Part shown: in pieces, positions 51,422-64,000 of the stretch
Layout: each line of letters opens with the position of its first letter
Numbering within the stretch: position 1 is the first letter of the stretch
NCBI RefSeq assembly: GCF_964194155.1
Contig: NC_135885.1
Span: 51,212,001-51,276,000, forward strand
DNA from: Cetorhinus maximus
Taxonomy: Eukaryota
DNA: 64,000 nucleotides
Direction of reading: 5' to 3'
The notes under the pieces: generated by a model
Told to the model about the DNA's origin: nothing
Databases searched by the model: none
The model's input: the letters and a program-made list of their open reading frames with translations, nothing else
Translations under genes and position numbers: made by a program

Positions 51422-52590
51422 AATTCTCAGTCCACATCAGGATAATTGAAGTCCATTATCTCTAATCTAAAGTTGTTGCATCTTTCTGCAATTTACTCCT
51501 CTATCTTCTTCCTTTGGTGGCCAAAAGGTGGGAAAGAATTTTAAACATGTGGATGACTTGCTGTAAGTAAGTTAATTTGATTAGAAATGCTGGACTACTC
51601 AGGTTGAAAGGAGAATGAGAGGGCATCTGAAAATTACAGAACACTTAATTTATAGGAAAAGTGAACTACAGATTTCAGGAAGCACTTCTTTAAATAAAGT
51701 TTGCCTGAAGCAAACACGAGTACACACATCTTCAATAATTAGTTATATGGAGTAATATCAAAGCCTTACACCATTATATGTCACAAAAAGCAGGGAAATC
51801 CCATTCAAACAAACATGCGCACTATAAATGGTGGGGACTGTCAGGGATTAAAGCAGTGCATCACTTGCTGCAACCTGGTGGGAAGATTTCTGAAAAAGGT
51901 TTCCCCAGTAGGAACTTGTATTATTTCAATACATATGTAGCAATATATAGATGTTATAACCTGGGAAAAGCCATTCAGCCCAGTCTATGTCAGTGGTAAT
52001 CCTAATTACCTTTACCTGCCCTATTCCCATATCTTTCATCCCTTTTTCCTTCATCCATTTCTCCAACCTAATTATGAATGTTGATAGTTTGTCTCAACCA
52101 CTGACCTTGGAAGTGAATGCTACAGGCTCAAATTCTCCATGAAAAGTTCTCCTGCTCTCTGTTCTATGTCTTTTACATTTAATCTTGTATTTAAGTCTCC
52201 CCATTCTAGATACTGGAAACAGTTGCTTCTATCCATGCAATCCCATCCTTATATAATTTTAAACACTTCTATCATATTGTCCCTTAATCTGTGTTGTCCA
52301 ATTTTTCAATTCTTTCTTTGTACTTTCTCATATCCAGCACAATCCTAGGGAATATGTATTTGCATTAAAATGACAGAAACATTGTTTAAGGTTTCATGCT
52401 ATTTATATTCAGAGCTGGAGGGTAAGCTTATGACAGTTATAGAAATTTTAAACAATGCTTCTATCACTAAATTCTTGGAGAACAGATGAGGTTTTGAAGC
52501 TCCAATTCTTTCATAACATTAACCAAAACCAACAGCAAATAAAGCTTAGTCAGCTGGACAGCAACTAATTTGTAGCAGTGTGTGTTATTA

Positions 52591-52608
52591 TAGCAGCACC
52601 TAGTGGCA
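52591..52608 (-). promoter_or_regulatory. Candidate CTCF site in FDX1 intron 2
   Basis: Reverse complement TGCCACTAGGTGCTGCTA closely resembles the CTCF core consensus and lies in apparently unique sequence. Confidence 0.45.
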
Positions 52609-54184
52609 AACAGTAAAATAAAACCAAAAAGCTAAAAATTTATAGCTGAACAGGACTGCTCACCCCAACCTCAGAAGTCCTTTGTTATCATCAGATCTTC
52701 CAGCAGTGCAAGCTAAAGGTCACATTTCCCTGGAATCCAAGAAAAAACTCAGCAGTTTCAATTTCTTTTGCCTCAGTTGATATTCAAACAATTTAGGTTT
52801 AATTCTACCTTGTGCTTATAATAACTTCCCTATATCTTAGATTTAAAATTGGGGATGAAGAGATTTGGTATTCATGTATTTACATCTCAGTCACTATCTT
52901 AAATTATGGTGTTGACTGAATAGGGTGAGATTTTTAAAAATCTGATGATCTAGTTGAGAACAGTTAAGTCTCCACAAAAGATCCTAAGTTGTCAGTCATG
53001 CAACACGGTACTTTTATCATCTTTCCACTTTCTCCTTCTAAAGGCACAGTCTTGTCCTAGGAACAGTTTCACGGTGCAAGCTGCCTCGTTCTACCTCATC
53101 CAAACGGTATCTCACCTAAGTGGTTACTGTTCATGAGTAAGCCTAGACGGCATGGGTTGACAGGCTGTTCAACAGTGGAAAAGCATCAGAATCTATGTTC
53201 TCTCAATGTCTACAGACATGCAAGATGTCTAAATTAAGCAGGAATATATTACAGACACCTATGCTTCCAAAAAAGGTTTTCATTTAAAAAAATATATTTT
53301 ACACATTACATGATTACATTAACAGGGTATAACTGGACACAACAACAAAGGACAAAAATCTCTCACATTTGCCCCCAATACTTCTTGCTTGCAGCACAAG
53401 ATGGCTTAGAAAAGGTTAACTAAATGCTAAAAAGTCAAATTTCTCACAGCTAAATGCATGCTCCAACAGCCTTGGTTCAACTCTGTTGCGGAACATCTGC
53501 ACAATAAACAGTATCCTATTATCTGGGAAAGTTTGAAGCTAAAGAAGCAAGTCATAAAGCTTCACCACTGATGACACTGTATCAACATAAAATAATGTAA
53601 TGCAGATGCAGCAGCTATGACTTGAGCACAAACAGCACAACATGCTGTTGCAGTCAATGTTGTACAGCCAGGCTTTGGAATGGAGCAGTTCATTCTTGTC
53701 TCGTTGCCTACATAACTTCAAATGTACGAAGTCCAGGTTGTCTCTGAACCCTGCCAAAAAGAACTATTATAATCTACATCTTATCAGATACAGGTTTTGA
53801 CAGTGGAAAATATTCTTGGGATCCATGACAGAAGGAAGCAATTTCCTGAGGTAGGGATTATTCCAAAACAAACTTAAGCATGAGGCATTATGATTGTTTT
53901 AGCTTGAAATCAGGTGAAGTAAGGAACACTATGACATGTAGTTTTTTGGCTTTAATAGCAGGTATGGGTCAATGTTCCAGAACAAAATGTTCTCAGGCAC
54001 CCTGTGCTAAGATTGCCTATACAGTAAAAAAGTGCTACTAGGTCAATGGCTCACACACCTCATGGACTTAAAACATTGATTTCCCATCGTTTCCTGATGC
54101 CAGGGACAGCAGTGGCCTAAAGTATGCAAACTTAAAGTAAATTTAAGGCCTGAGTCTTCACACAAGATGGAGGAGGTGCTTTAG

Positions 54185-54482
54185 GACCTCCTTTAGCCAG
54201 TACTACCACCATCAACACCCCTTCGACCTTTTGTTTATGACATATTTTGCAATCTCTCCTTTGCCTCCACCTATCACTGGCCTTCTATCCAGCTTAACCC
54301 CCTTAAACAGTATATATTTCACCACATTTCTTCAGAACTAAAGAGAAGTAGAAGAGTCATACGGACTCGAAACGTTAACTCTGTCTTTCTCTCCACAGAT
54401 GCTGTCAGACCAGCTGAGTTTTTCCAGCAATTTTTGTTTTTGTTTCAGATTTCCAGCATCCGCAGTATTTTGCTTTTATCTT
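54185..54482 (+). mobile_element. Penelope terminal-repeat fragment
   Basis: Close match to about 24820-25127. Confidence 0.85.
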
Positions 54483-55103
54483 AGTTCTCCTTGGTGTTTC
54501 TCCTAATTTTCAGTTATCAAAGAGGACCAAATAAAGACTAGACACTGTGCCACAGGATGGGCGAGTCAACCCGGAACACACTCAGTCTGCTGCTTACATC
54601 ACTTTTTTACTGAGTTTAGGGTACATGTGCCTTTTTGCAGTAGTGCATAAAATCGAAGTGGGGATGGGGGGGTAAGGGTAGAGATCTGAGAGAGAAATGG
54701 GATAAAAATTAAACTATTCATTACATAAAATGTTTTTACATCAAACTGTGCAAATGTTTTACCATAACTAAAATGTCATAAGTGCTGTTGATCAGAGTTA
54801 CTTTGTTTAACTCCTGGAAAAAGTGAGTAAATGGAAGCATTCATAATACAGAAAATGTTAATCTGCAGAAAACTTGTGACAGGTTGACAGCTGCTTTGCA
54901 AACCCCAATACTCCTTAGTTTGTGGTCTGCCAAACAAATTATAATCACCTACTCACTTATCACGAAGGCACTTACATTTTCTGTTTTTGGCAAATTCAAG
55001 CCTTTTTTTTTATATATAAATGGTTTAAGGGGTAAACTAGACCTTTGAATAACTAAATAATACATGTAATGCAGTTTTTACATTTGAAAAATTCAGAGTT
55101 CTA

Positions 55104-55618
55104 TAGGTACAGTGTCTTAAAACCGACAAACTCGGGACCAAGTCAGTGCCTGATTTCAGATCTTGTCAGTTTCCAGAGAATAAAATTGGAATCTTAATTC
55201 AATTAACAGGAGACACATGAAATCAAGTAAATTAGTTTATTTTTATTAAAGTTTGCATGCAAGAATACATAATATTGAAAATAAATGTTTGAAAAAATTA
55301 AGTAATATGGTAAGTAAGACTGACTCGAAGGCTGTGCTGGATTCAAATATGGGTGTGCTAGTGAAGCTGCCAGAGAACTACAGGACGGGTAAGGTCAAGA
55401 ATCGCTTAGACTACTCGGAGCGCGGGAAAAGACTGGCACGCAAAGCTGATAACTAGTCCAGCACACCACCACACCAATGCCGCACCTAGCCAAACTGTCC
55501 CACTAAGTTATTTTACTCATTTAATAACAATTAAAATTGATGCATGGCAACTTATAAAAATGTCCCGTTATCAGTCAATTCCAGTTTCTGGATAGCTGGA
55601 TTTAACATATTGTACTTG
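55104..55618. mobile_element. Tc1/mariner-superfamily (Tigger-like) non-autonomous element
   Basis: TA on both flanks; degenerate 24-bp TIRs (taggtacagtgtcttaaaaccgac vs caagtacaatatgttaaatccagc, 16/24). Confidence 0.5.
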
Positions 55619-57643
55619 TACTATAATTTTTCATCATACTGTCGATGGAAATGTAAATACACTAACTGATCAATTTTTAAAAATTTAACAACAATGACTA
55701 CAATTCAAAAGCACTTCATTAGTTGTAAAACACTTTGGAACATCCTGAGATTGCACAAGGTGCTATCCTAGAAATTCGAACCAGGCTATATTACAGAATA
55801 TCACAAAACCAATCCAGACATCCGAGAAGCATTCTCAGAATTCCAACTGTTTTCTCAGATGTCTCTGACAGAAGAATTAACCTATATAATAATGCTCAGC
55901 TGGTACTCTGAGAAGGCACACAGATGTCATCAGCATTAGCTGTTAAGGGCAGTCTTGATCTTCCAGCACTCAGGTACTTTTTTTTTTATTTGAAAGAGTG
56001 TGAGAACAATGGAATCACTTAAGATTAAAATTTAATTCGAAGCTGGTTACAAACAAGCTGGACATTAGGCAAGTTGATGAAATTAAGAGAGACAGCACAT
56101 ATAACAACAAGAATACAATCTGTCACCTTGGACTTTGGGAATCCTACTACTCAGTAAAAATGTAGGGTTCTATGGTTAGCCATGGATAAAATTATAAATT
56201 GGCTTCCTCAAACAAAGCAGTGCATAGCTGGGTGATTAATTTTACTGATGTTCCCAAAGATAGCTTAATGACTTCCTAGAAAAAAAATTCAGGGTTGTGG
56301 CAACCTTCAAAGGCACTGGCAGCAGAAAGTAGTGCTCGTTGGGCTGCAGTACTCAAGGAACACTTTCCACGCAGCAGAATATAATGCTGGTAACAAATCG
56401 TCTATCAAATGCCAACTTAACCAATGTATAAAGATGCACAATTTATTTAAGATAATGGAGAACATGGAAAATGTATTCAATGACTTTGGTTAATACTCAT
56501 ACAAAACATTATTCCCTGTTATGCATCATATTTATATCATACATTCAGGTACCAATACTAGTGTTCCTCAGATAGAAACAGAGATTTCTGGAATTACTCA
56601 GCAAGTCATGTATCATCTATGGAGAGATAATCAAGAGTTAATGTTTCAGCTTGGTGACCTTTTTCTAGAACTGGAAAATGTTAGAGATGTGCAAGAGATA
56701 TGCAAGTACAGCGCAAAGAGAGGGGAGAACAAAATTGAAGGGCTGTGATAGGATTTAAGACAGGATAAATTAAACAAAAGGAATGATGCTGTGAGGCAAA
56801 AGGAGATGGTAATGGGACAAATAGGAACAAAAGATGGGGTTAGAGGAAGTGCACATGGGAATAGAAGAATCATCGCTAATAGCTGGCATATAGAAAAATT
56901 GAGGCAGAGGTTACAGTTTGAAATTGTTGAACTCAATGTTGAATCTGGAAGCCTGTAAAGCACAAGTACTATTGCTGAAATTGTATTAATCTATTTGTGT
57001 GAACACCATTTGGTAGCACATGTATATACCAAGTTATAGTGCTTATACACTGGGAAAAATAAAAAAATTGTGCAAGAAAAATAAGCAAGCAGAAAGCTAA
57101 CATTCGTATGTCACACAGCAGAGGACAAAAATCACTTTGCAACAGGCAGCAATATTTGTTTTCGTTCCAACAGTTAAAATTATAGTCAAGTTTTTTTTCC
57201 TACTGAAGAAGCTGGTTGTAGTTACAAAAATAGTTGTAACACAAATAGCATTCTTTCATTCATGTAGTGATCAGTGCCTGAAGTCGAATAAATCAGAACA
57301 AATAAAATTAGGATATTGTGTTTGATTATAAAAATAATTAAAATATTTAAAGAGAAAATGAATCACCTTGAATTAATTTCAAGCTAGATACAAACTATTG
57401 TATAGTGGTTATAAATTCACCTTTGGCGGGAATGTTTTGTCAAGAGAATATACTGTTTAAAATATGCTTTCCAACAAAAGGCACATTTAGTTCTCAACAC
57501 CAATGTTGCAATCTTTTTACAGGAAGATATTTCTTCAATGTGAATGGAATATTGTGATTAAACACAAGTCAGAGAGTATGAATTATAACTATGTTTTTCA
57601 AACCATAATTGAATAATATGGTTGAATAAAAAACAGAACTTAC

Positions 57644-57768
57644 CAAAGCCATCGATATCCAGGTTATTATCAATGACAACATCTAAAAGAGAATCGCCTA
57701 AATTTCCCAATGCTCTAAGTTTCTCTCCATCACGATTAATAAAATCGACTGTTACTTTATCTGTTGAA
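57644..57768 (-). CDS. FDX1: Adrenodoxin (ferredoxin 1), coding exon 2 (125 bp)
   Basis: Encodes [42 protein letters not shown], the start of mature adrenodoxin. Acceptor ttattttgcag|, donor TTTG|gtaagt. Starts in phase 2 and ends in phase 1, which joins exon 3 in frame. Confidence 0.96.
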
Positions 57769-58694
57769 CTGCAAAATAAGAACAAGTACAAGATAGGAAG
57801 TTTGTTTTGCCGGCTGAAGTTGAATGATAACTTACTTTTCACTAGCACCAAGTGAAAAGATGTTGACATATATCAACTGAAAGATATGTGTGTAATATAG
57901 AAGAGGTTTTAATGATTAAAGAGCATTAAGCCAATATGATTTCGAAGATAAAATTCCTCAAGGTAGTTTTTGCAGAATTTCAACTTATTACCTTGGAGTT
58001 TTAGCAAAAACAGTAGCGTTACTGAATAGATGAATAAAACTAATGAAGGAGTTTCACATTACTGAATGCTACCCATAACAGGAAAGAGAGAAAAGGGGCT
58101 GGTCACTCTTGATGATCCAGCAATCCATGTGGGAAGAACATGTACAGGTGTTAAATGGGGAAAGAAAGGATCGGGCTTTGCTGAGATACCCTGCGTAAAA
58201 TTAGTATTCTGATACTCATTGTCAATGCACACACAAATAATAACCACTTGATCAAACACTGGATCTATACATTTAAAAAATTGACCCAAAGCTTTCAGGA
58301 AAGCAGTAGAGGGGAGAAAAGTTGACAAATCTTTCCAGGATTATGACCAGGTTGTGTTCTCCCAAGGAATAAAGATCACAACAACATTAACTCCATTCAC
58401 TCAATGTGATCAGGGTGGCAGTGGCTTGAAAATTGAAGGGGTGTACTTACCAGCCTGTTCCCACTGCTGCTATTTTGTTTGGGATTTCTGAATGGCTCAT
58501 ACAGGCACTTGTTTCATGCTGGAGGATAATTCTAATATCCTAGCTAGTGTTCTATAACATGCTGTCATGCCCATAAGACATGAGATCATAAACTATTTAA
58601 ATCAGACCTAACTTTCTGCTTATTTAAATAAATGGACCTATTACAATCAACAGAACAAAGGAGCAGCAGAAGGTCTGTCTCCCCAGCCTGAACC

Positions 58695-59447
58695 TGTAAC
58701 AAAATGGCAGCCAATGAAACTTGTTATACTTGCAGAGACACTAATAGACACCATCTATCTCCAGATAATACAATGGATTTTGACCAGAGACATAGAAACT
58801 GATTAACATGTCAGTTTCAGGTAAACAATGGGCAACATCACACAATCTAAGCTCCTCTGGCCTTTGGAAAGTTTTAATATTACATTCCTGGACTCTCAGG
58901 GCAGTCTGCTGTTAAACATTCAGCCTGTCAACACCAAAGCCACACTCCAGGCTTACGGCAAAGTCTGCCTCAAGTATAAACCTCCTCAAAGCCTGGTCTG
59001 CTAGAAGATTCCTGCCATCGCCTGTAGAATGGACCAAGTCTCTGGGTACCAATCTCATCTTGCTGTGTCATTACCAACTTTAAAAGAAATTTTGCAGCTC
59101 CTGCTTTCAGCTAACTGAACCCACCTAAACTTTAACTCTTACATGATGAACCCTCACTGGACTCTGACATTCACATGAACTAATATCCATACCTTTTGGC
59201 TTATTTTCTTTTTAAGTTATTGCTAGTTGTAAAACTCTTTTCTTTCCTATTTCCTTCTTCTGTGCTTGTGCGCTTGTATGTAGTTGTGACGACCATGCCC
59301 TGGATTTGAATGTATGAATCAATACCTCTGATTGAACCCTAAAGAGAGTTTGCTGCAAGTCACTTTAAAACTGACTTCACAAAGTTGAAGCGGGTTTGGG
59401 GAAACATTCCACAGCTTATTTCAAAAATTAAAATACCTTTGCTTACA
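58695..59447 (+). mobile_element. Probable solo LTR in FDX1 intron 1
   Basis: TGTAA...TTACA termini, imperfect TSD aacc/atcc, TATA-like tataaa near 58975. Confidence 0.55.
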
Positions 59448-60929
59448 ATCCATAAAGGGACAGCTGCAGGCTGCTTCTGAAGTTATTTTTATTAAATTTG
59501 TGCAACCAGGAGGAGCATTTTTGCTGGCCTGTCCATGATCTCTCAGGTAAAATTTCCAGCTGAGCTCTGTGTCAGAGCTAACAGAAATCCCACCCCCAAA
59601 CTGTCCGCCTGCTAATTGGAAAATGGAAATGAGGCTTGGGTCTCTCAGAATACAGCACCTGCGCAATGTCCACCTAGTATATAAAAATTAACATAGATGC
59701 ATCCTATTTCAACAATGGTGGTTGCTTTATTGGCAAATTGTAAATGTGGAGAGGAGCTGAAAGGATCAAATGACCGGTGCCAATTGCTGTGCATTAAGCA
59801 TATGAGTGGCGACAAGAACTGGACACATTCTTAATAACATATCCAAGTGAAAAGTATGGAGATACAAAAACAGCAAATCGAGTTAGGTTGAGGTCTGTGG
59901 ACTGCAGAAATCCTCATGATTTGGTGCCCCTAGACTTCCAAAATATTGATGAAGGGACTACTTCCTGATCTCAGAATGGTGGTAATTCAGGGTATACTTT
60001 GGGAGTGGATAAAAAGTTGGCTGAAGAGTAAGTGGCATCAAGCTGAGGAGAATTGCTTAGTTGAACGCAACATCTACTGTTGACACCACTGCTGTCATTA
60101 ATTTACACTAAGTGGAATTCTGTAACTTTAAGGGATATGGTGATAGAGTTAAATAAAGTAAGATAGGAAGAAGCTTGAAAAGCATAAACACTGACAGACC
60201 AGTTGGGCTGAAAGTCCTGTTTCTGTGCTATAAATTCTATTTAATTCTATGATCCTCTAATGGCTGTAAGTGTACATAAAAATATTCTTTATGATTTTGT
60301 TATAAATAGTAAACATTAAAATTTTCACCTTTAGGGTTTGATGTTGAACAGCAGATATCAGGGAAAGAATTATAAAAATAACTTTTCTAGGAAAGTGTTG
60401 AGATTGAATTGTATCAAATAGGTAAGATGAAACAAACAAGAGCACCCTATAGGTTGCAGTGCAATTTACCTAATAATTACCATTTGCTATACATCAGTAG
60501 GAATTACTACCAGTGGATGTTTTGAATTTAAAAACACAAACATGGACTACATCTTTAAAGAATACAGAAATACAATCTCTATCTGTAGAATTCTGTCCTC
60601 AGATTATTTGAAAATGACTAGCCCTTTTCAAATTAAATCCCATAGACATGTAACCCTATGCAAGAGCAACCATGTACATAATTAGCAAAGGGATCAGATT
60701 TTAAAATTTTGCATCTTCATAGCAAGTTCATTTTGAGATGACAAAAACAAAGACACAGAGTCAGGAATTTGAAATGTATTTTCATTGTTCACTAGATCTG
60801 TATATGTTGGACATTATATTTTCTTCCTTTTTATTATGTTATATTTTCTCATTTTCTTCCAACAATAAGAAGCACTATGATTACTTTGCCAAAGTCCAGA
60901 ATGAGAGATCATACATGAATGTGCATTAC

Positions 60930-61740
60930 ATAAGAACATAAGAAAAAGGAACAGGAGGCCATTCGGCCCCTCGAGCCTGTTCTGCCACTCAATAAGATCA
61001 TGGCTGATGATTTTGTATTTTGATTTCCACATTCCCATCTACATCCCTGATTCCCTTGCCTAACAAGCATTTATCTACCTTTGCCTTAAAAATATTCAAT
61101 GACCCCACCTCCACCAGCTTCTGAGGCAGAGAAGTCTCACAACCCTCAGAAAAAATTTCTCCTCATCTCTGTCCTAAAAGGGTGACCCCTAATTTTAAAA
61201 CAATGTCCCCTAGTTCTGGACTCATCTACAAGAAGAAACATCATTTCAACATCCACCTTGTCAAGGCCATTCAGGATCTTGTATACTTCAATCAAATCGC
61301 CCCTCACTCTTCTAAACTCCAGTGGAAACAAGCCCAGTCTGTCCAACCTTTCCTCATAAGACAACCCACTTATTCCAGATATCAATCTAGTAAACCTCCT
61401 CTGAACCACCTCCAATGCATTTACATCCTTCCTTAAATAAGGAGGCCAAAACTATACATAGTATTTGAGGATAAAAGCAAAATACTGTGGATGCTGGAAA
61501 TCTGAAACAAAAAACAGAAAATGCTGGAAAAACTCTGAAGAGTCATACGGGCTCGAAAGGTTAACTCTGTTTTTCTCTCCACAGATGCTGTTAGACCTGA
61601 GTTTTTTCAGCATTTTCTGTTTTTGTTACAATATTCGAGGCGGAGTCTCACCAATGCCCTGTATAACTGAAGCATAACATCCTTACTTTTATGTTAAATC
61701 CCTCTCGTAATAAAGGATAGCATTCCACTAGTCTTAATTA
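60930..61740 (-). mobile_element. CR1 3' fragment with nested fold-back Penelope piece (about 61470-61628)
   Basis: ORF 61146-61415 has VQRRFTRLI...RGDLIEVYKIL; the insert has inverted arms aacagaaaatgctggaaaaactc / gagttttttcagcattttctgtt. Confidence 0.88.
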
Positions 61741-62579
61741 ATTGCCGTACCCGTCCTTGTAAAGCTGTGATAGCATTTAATAAAGCTGACTAAGCTTTCC
61801 TCTCCTCTATCGAAAAAAGTAGCCTCATTCCAACCTGCACAAAGCACACCACAGGCAGAAGCTTTTTCTACTGCACCATCAATTATGATGTTCCCTAATG
61901 ACCTATCTTTGGACTCCTTCTCCTCATGCATCTATATACTTACCCTGGGGCAACAGAGGCTAGGAGCATGGGGTTAGGTTCCACAAGCATGCTGATGGCA
62001 CCCAACTCCACCAATCCTCACTTACCTCAAACTTAAAATCACCTCTGAAGTATCAGATTGCCTGTCTAGCATTAAATCATAGATGAATTAAAATTAGTTC
62101 CAAATAAACAAATCAGGAAGATCAAAATTAGCTTTTGGCCCACATCATAAGTACGGCTCCCTGTTACTAACCTTATTGTGTCAAAATCCTGGAACTCCTT
62201 TCCTAATAGCATTGTGGGTGTACCTACACCACACGGACTGCAGCAGTTCAAGAAGGTGGCTCACTATTACCTTTTCAAGGGCAATTAGGGATGGGTAATG
62301 AATGCTGGCCTTGCCAGAGATGCTCACATCCTGCGAACGAATAGAAAAAAACTCTATCCCCCCTCCCCAGTCACTTGCTCAGGCTAAATTAGACCATTAA
62401 AAAAAATGGCATCCTGTTCAACCCAGAAATAAGCTACAAACCACATGCCTTACTGGTCACCAAGGACATCTATCCCTGCAACACTGCTCATCTCCAACTC
62501 CACCTCAACTTCACTGTCACTTATCCATATTTGTCATCTGTAGATTCTAATGTCTTCATTGCTGACCCATCATTTCCAT

Positions 62580-63115
62580 ATCATAGAATTATCAATGATA
62601 CAGTACAGAAGGAGGCCATTCAATCCATTGTGCCTGCTCTTTACCCCTATCCATGTAACTTATTTCCCTTCATGTATTAATTCAATGTATTTTGAAAGTT
62701 ACTGTTGAACCTGCTTCCATCACCCTTTCAAGCAGTGCATTCCAGATCATCATAACTGCATGAAAAAATGTTTGAAGGCGTCACTTCTGGTTCTTTTGTC
62801 AATCACCTTAAACATGTATCCTCTGATTACTGACTCTTCTGCCACTGGAAATCATTTCTCCTTATTTATTCTACCAAAACCATTCATGATTTTGAACACT
62901 TCTATCAAATTTCCTTTTAACCTTCTCTGTTGTAAGAAGAAAATCCACAGCTTCTCCAGTCTCTCCACATAACTGAAATGCCTCATCTCTGTAGCATTCT
63001 AATACATCTCTTCTGCACCCTCTCTAAAACCTTGGCATCCTGCCTAAAGTGCAGTGCCCAAAATTGAGCACAATACTCCAGCTGAGGCCTAACCAGTCAT
63101 TTATAAAGGTTTAGA
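62580..63115 (-). mobile_element. CR1 3' fragment
   Basis: Reverse complement of LEYCAQFWALHFRQDAKVLERVQKR remnant and CR1 tail. Confidence 0.75.
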
Positions 63116-63309
63116 CCCAGAATCCTGCTTAATAGGGTATTCTGGTTGGTAGAGCGTTGGATAACAGAAATTTTTATTGCAAATGACCAGATAACCTGCT
63201 GTTTGGAGGATAATGATGGCCAGCATACAAGGAGAACAGCCCCACTCTTCTTCAATCAGAACTATTATATCTTTAACTGCCATCCATCTGATAGGTTTTT
63301 CTTTCCTTT

Positions 63310-63630
63310 ATTACTTTATCGGATGTGGGCATCACTGGCAAAACCAGCATTTGTTGCCTATTCCTAATTGCTCTTGAACCGAGTGGCTTGCTAGACCATT
63401 TCAGAGGACCATTAAGAGTCAACCGCATTGCTGTAAGGATGGTAGATTTCCTTCCCTAAAGGACATTATCGATGATAATTTCATGGTCACCATTACTGAG
63501 ACTAGCTTTATATTCCAGATTTATTAATTGAATTTAAATTCCACCAGCTGCCAGGTTGGGACTTGAACCCATGTCCCAGAGCATTAGCCTGGACTTTTGG
63601 ATTATTAGTCCCATGACATTGATACCAAGC
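63310..63630 (-). mobile_element. tRNA-derived SINE with a 3' tail shared with the 49437-51421 LINE family
   Basis: Reverse complement has B box gggttcaagtccc and tail caagagcaattaggaataggcaacaaatgctgg...cccacatcc. Confidence 0.7.
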
Positions 63631-64000
63631 TGTCTAATAGGTATAGCATTTCATTGCAAAAACATTACATCCAACAATGCAGCACCCCTTCAGTACTCCA
63701 CAGAAGTGCCAGCCAATATTACCCACTCAAATCTCTGGATTGAAACAATGATTTTCTGATTTAAGAGGCAATAGTGCAACCATTAAACCAAGCCTAATTC
63801 TTTTCAATTCCTTTACAATGGTAAGGGATTAATATCGAATCAACAAAAATACAGGAGCAGAAATAGCAATGGTGGATGTACTAGACATACAACAGACTTA
63901 AGAGTTGAAAGCTGTGACTACACACGCATGTAGGGTAGACAAAAACAAGTTAAGGGATAAAGCATTGCCCTGCAATGAAATATGCCAGCACCACAAAGAA

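Noticed and set aside
57558-57869. Whole 103-aa ORF as a single-exon ferredoxin
   Set aside because: Only 57644-57768 is ferredoxin-like and bounded by splice sites; the rest is intron read-through. The same applies to ORF 38956-39138.
11996-61628. Dispersed gactcgaaacgttaac repeats as a CRISPR-like array
   Set aside because: Irregular spacing, both orientations and eukaryotic context; they are Penelope termini.
57769-64000. FDX1 exon 1 (mitochondrial presequence) and promoter
   Set aside because: No CpG-rich, Arg/Ala-rich exon with a phase-2 donor was found; it is presumably beyond the window.

Overview
Repeat-rich vertebrate genomic DNA. The CR1, L2, Deu-domain SINE, Penelope and Harbinger content points to a cartilaginous fish (inference). 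The only recognisable host protein gene is FDX1 (adrenodoxin, mitochondrial 2Fe-2S ferredoxin) on the minus strand: coding exons 2-4 lie at 57644-57768, 38960-39089 and 34027-34141, with canonical GT-AG sites and matching phases; exon 1 lies beyond the window. Most of the rest is decayed and often nested transposons, including a structurally complete Harbinger element, solo LTRs, a near full-length CR1 with a duplicated 5' end, and many Penelope terminal fragments. The strongest unexplained signals are: (i) minimal type-I hammerhead ribozyme motifs with palindromic stem III in two Penelope families, three of them in one TSD-flanked fold-back insertion; (ii) an ungapped 215-bp inverted repeat 5.5 kb downstream of the FDX1 stop; (iii) an orphan CpG-rich promoter-like segment followed by candidate non-coding exons converging on FDX1. 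Repeat family names and most repeat boundaries are by-eye calls and approximate.
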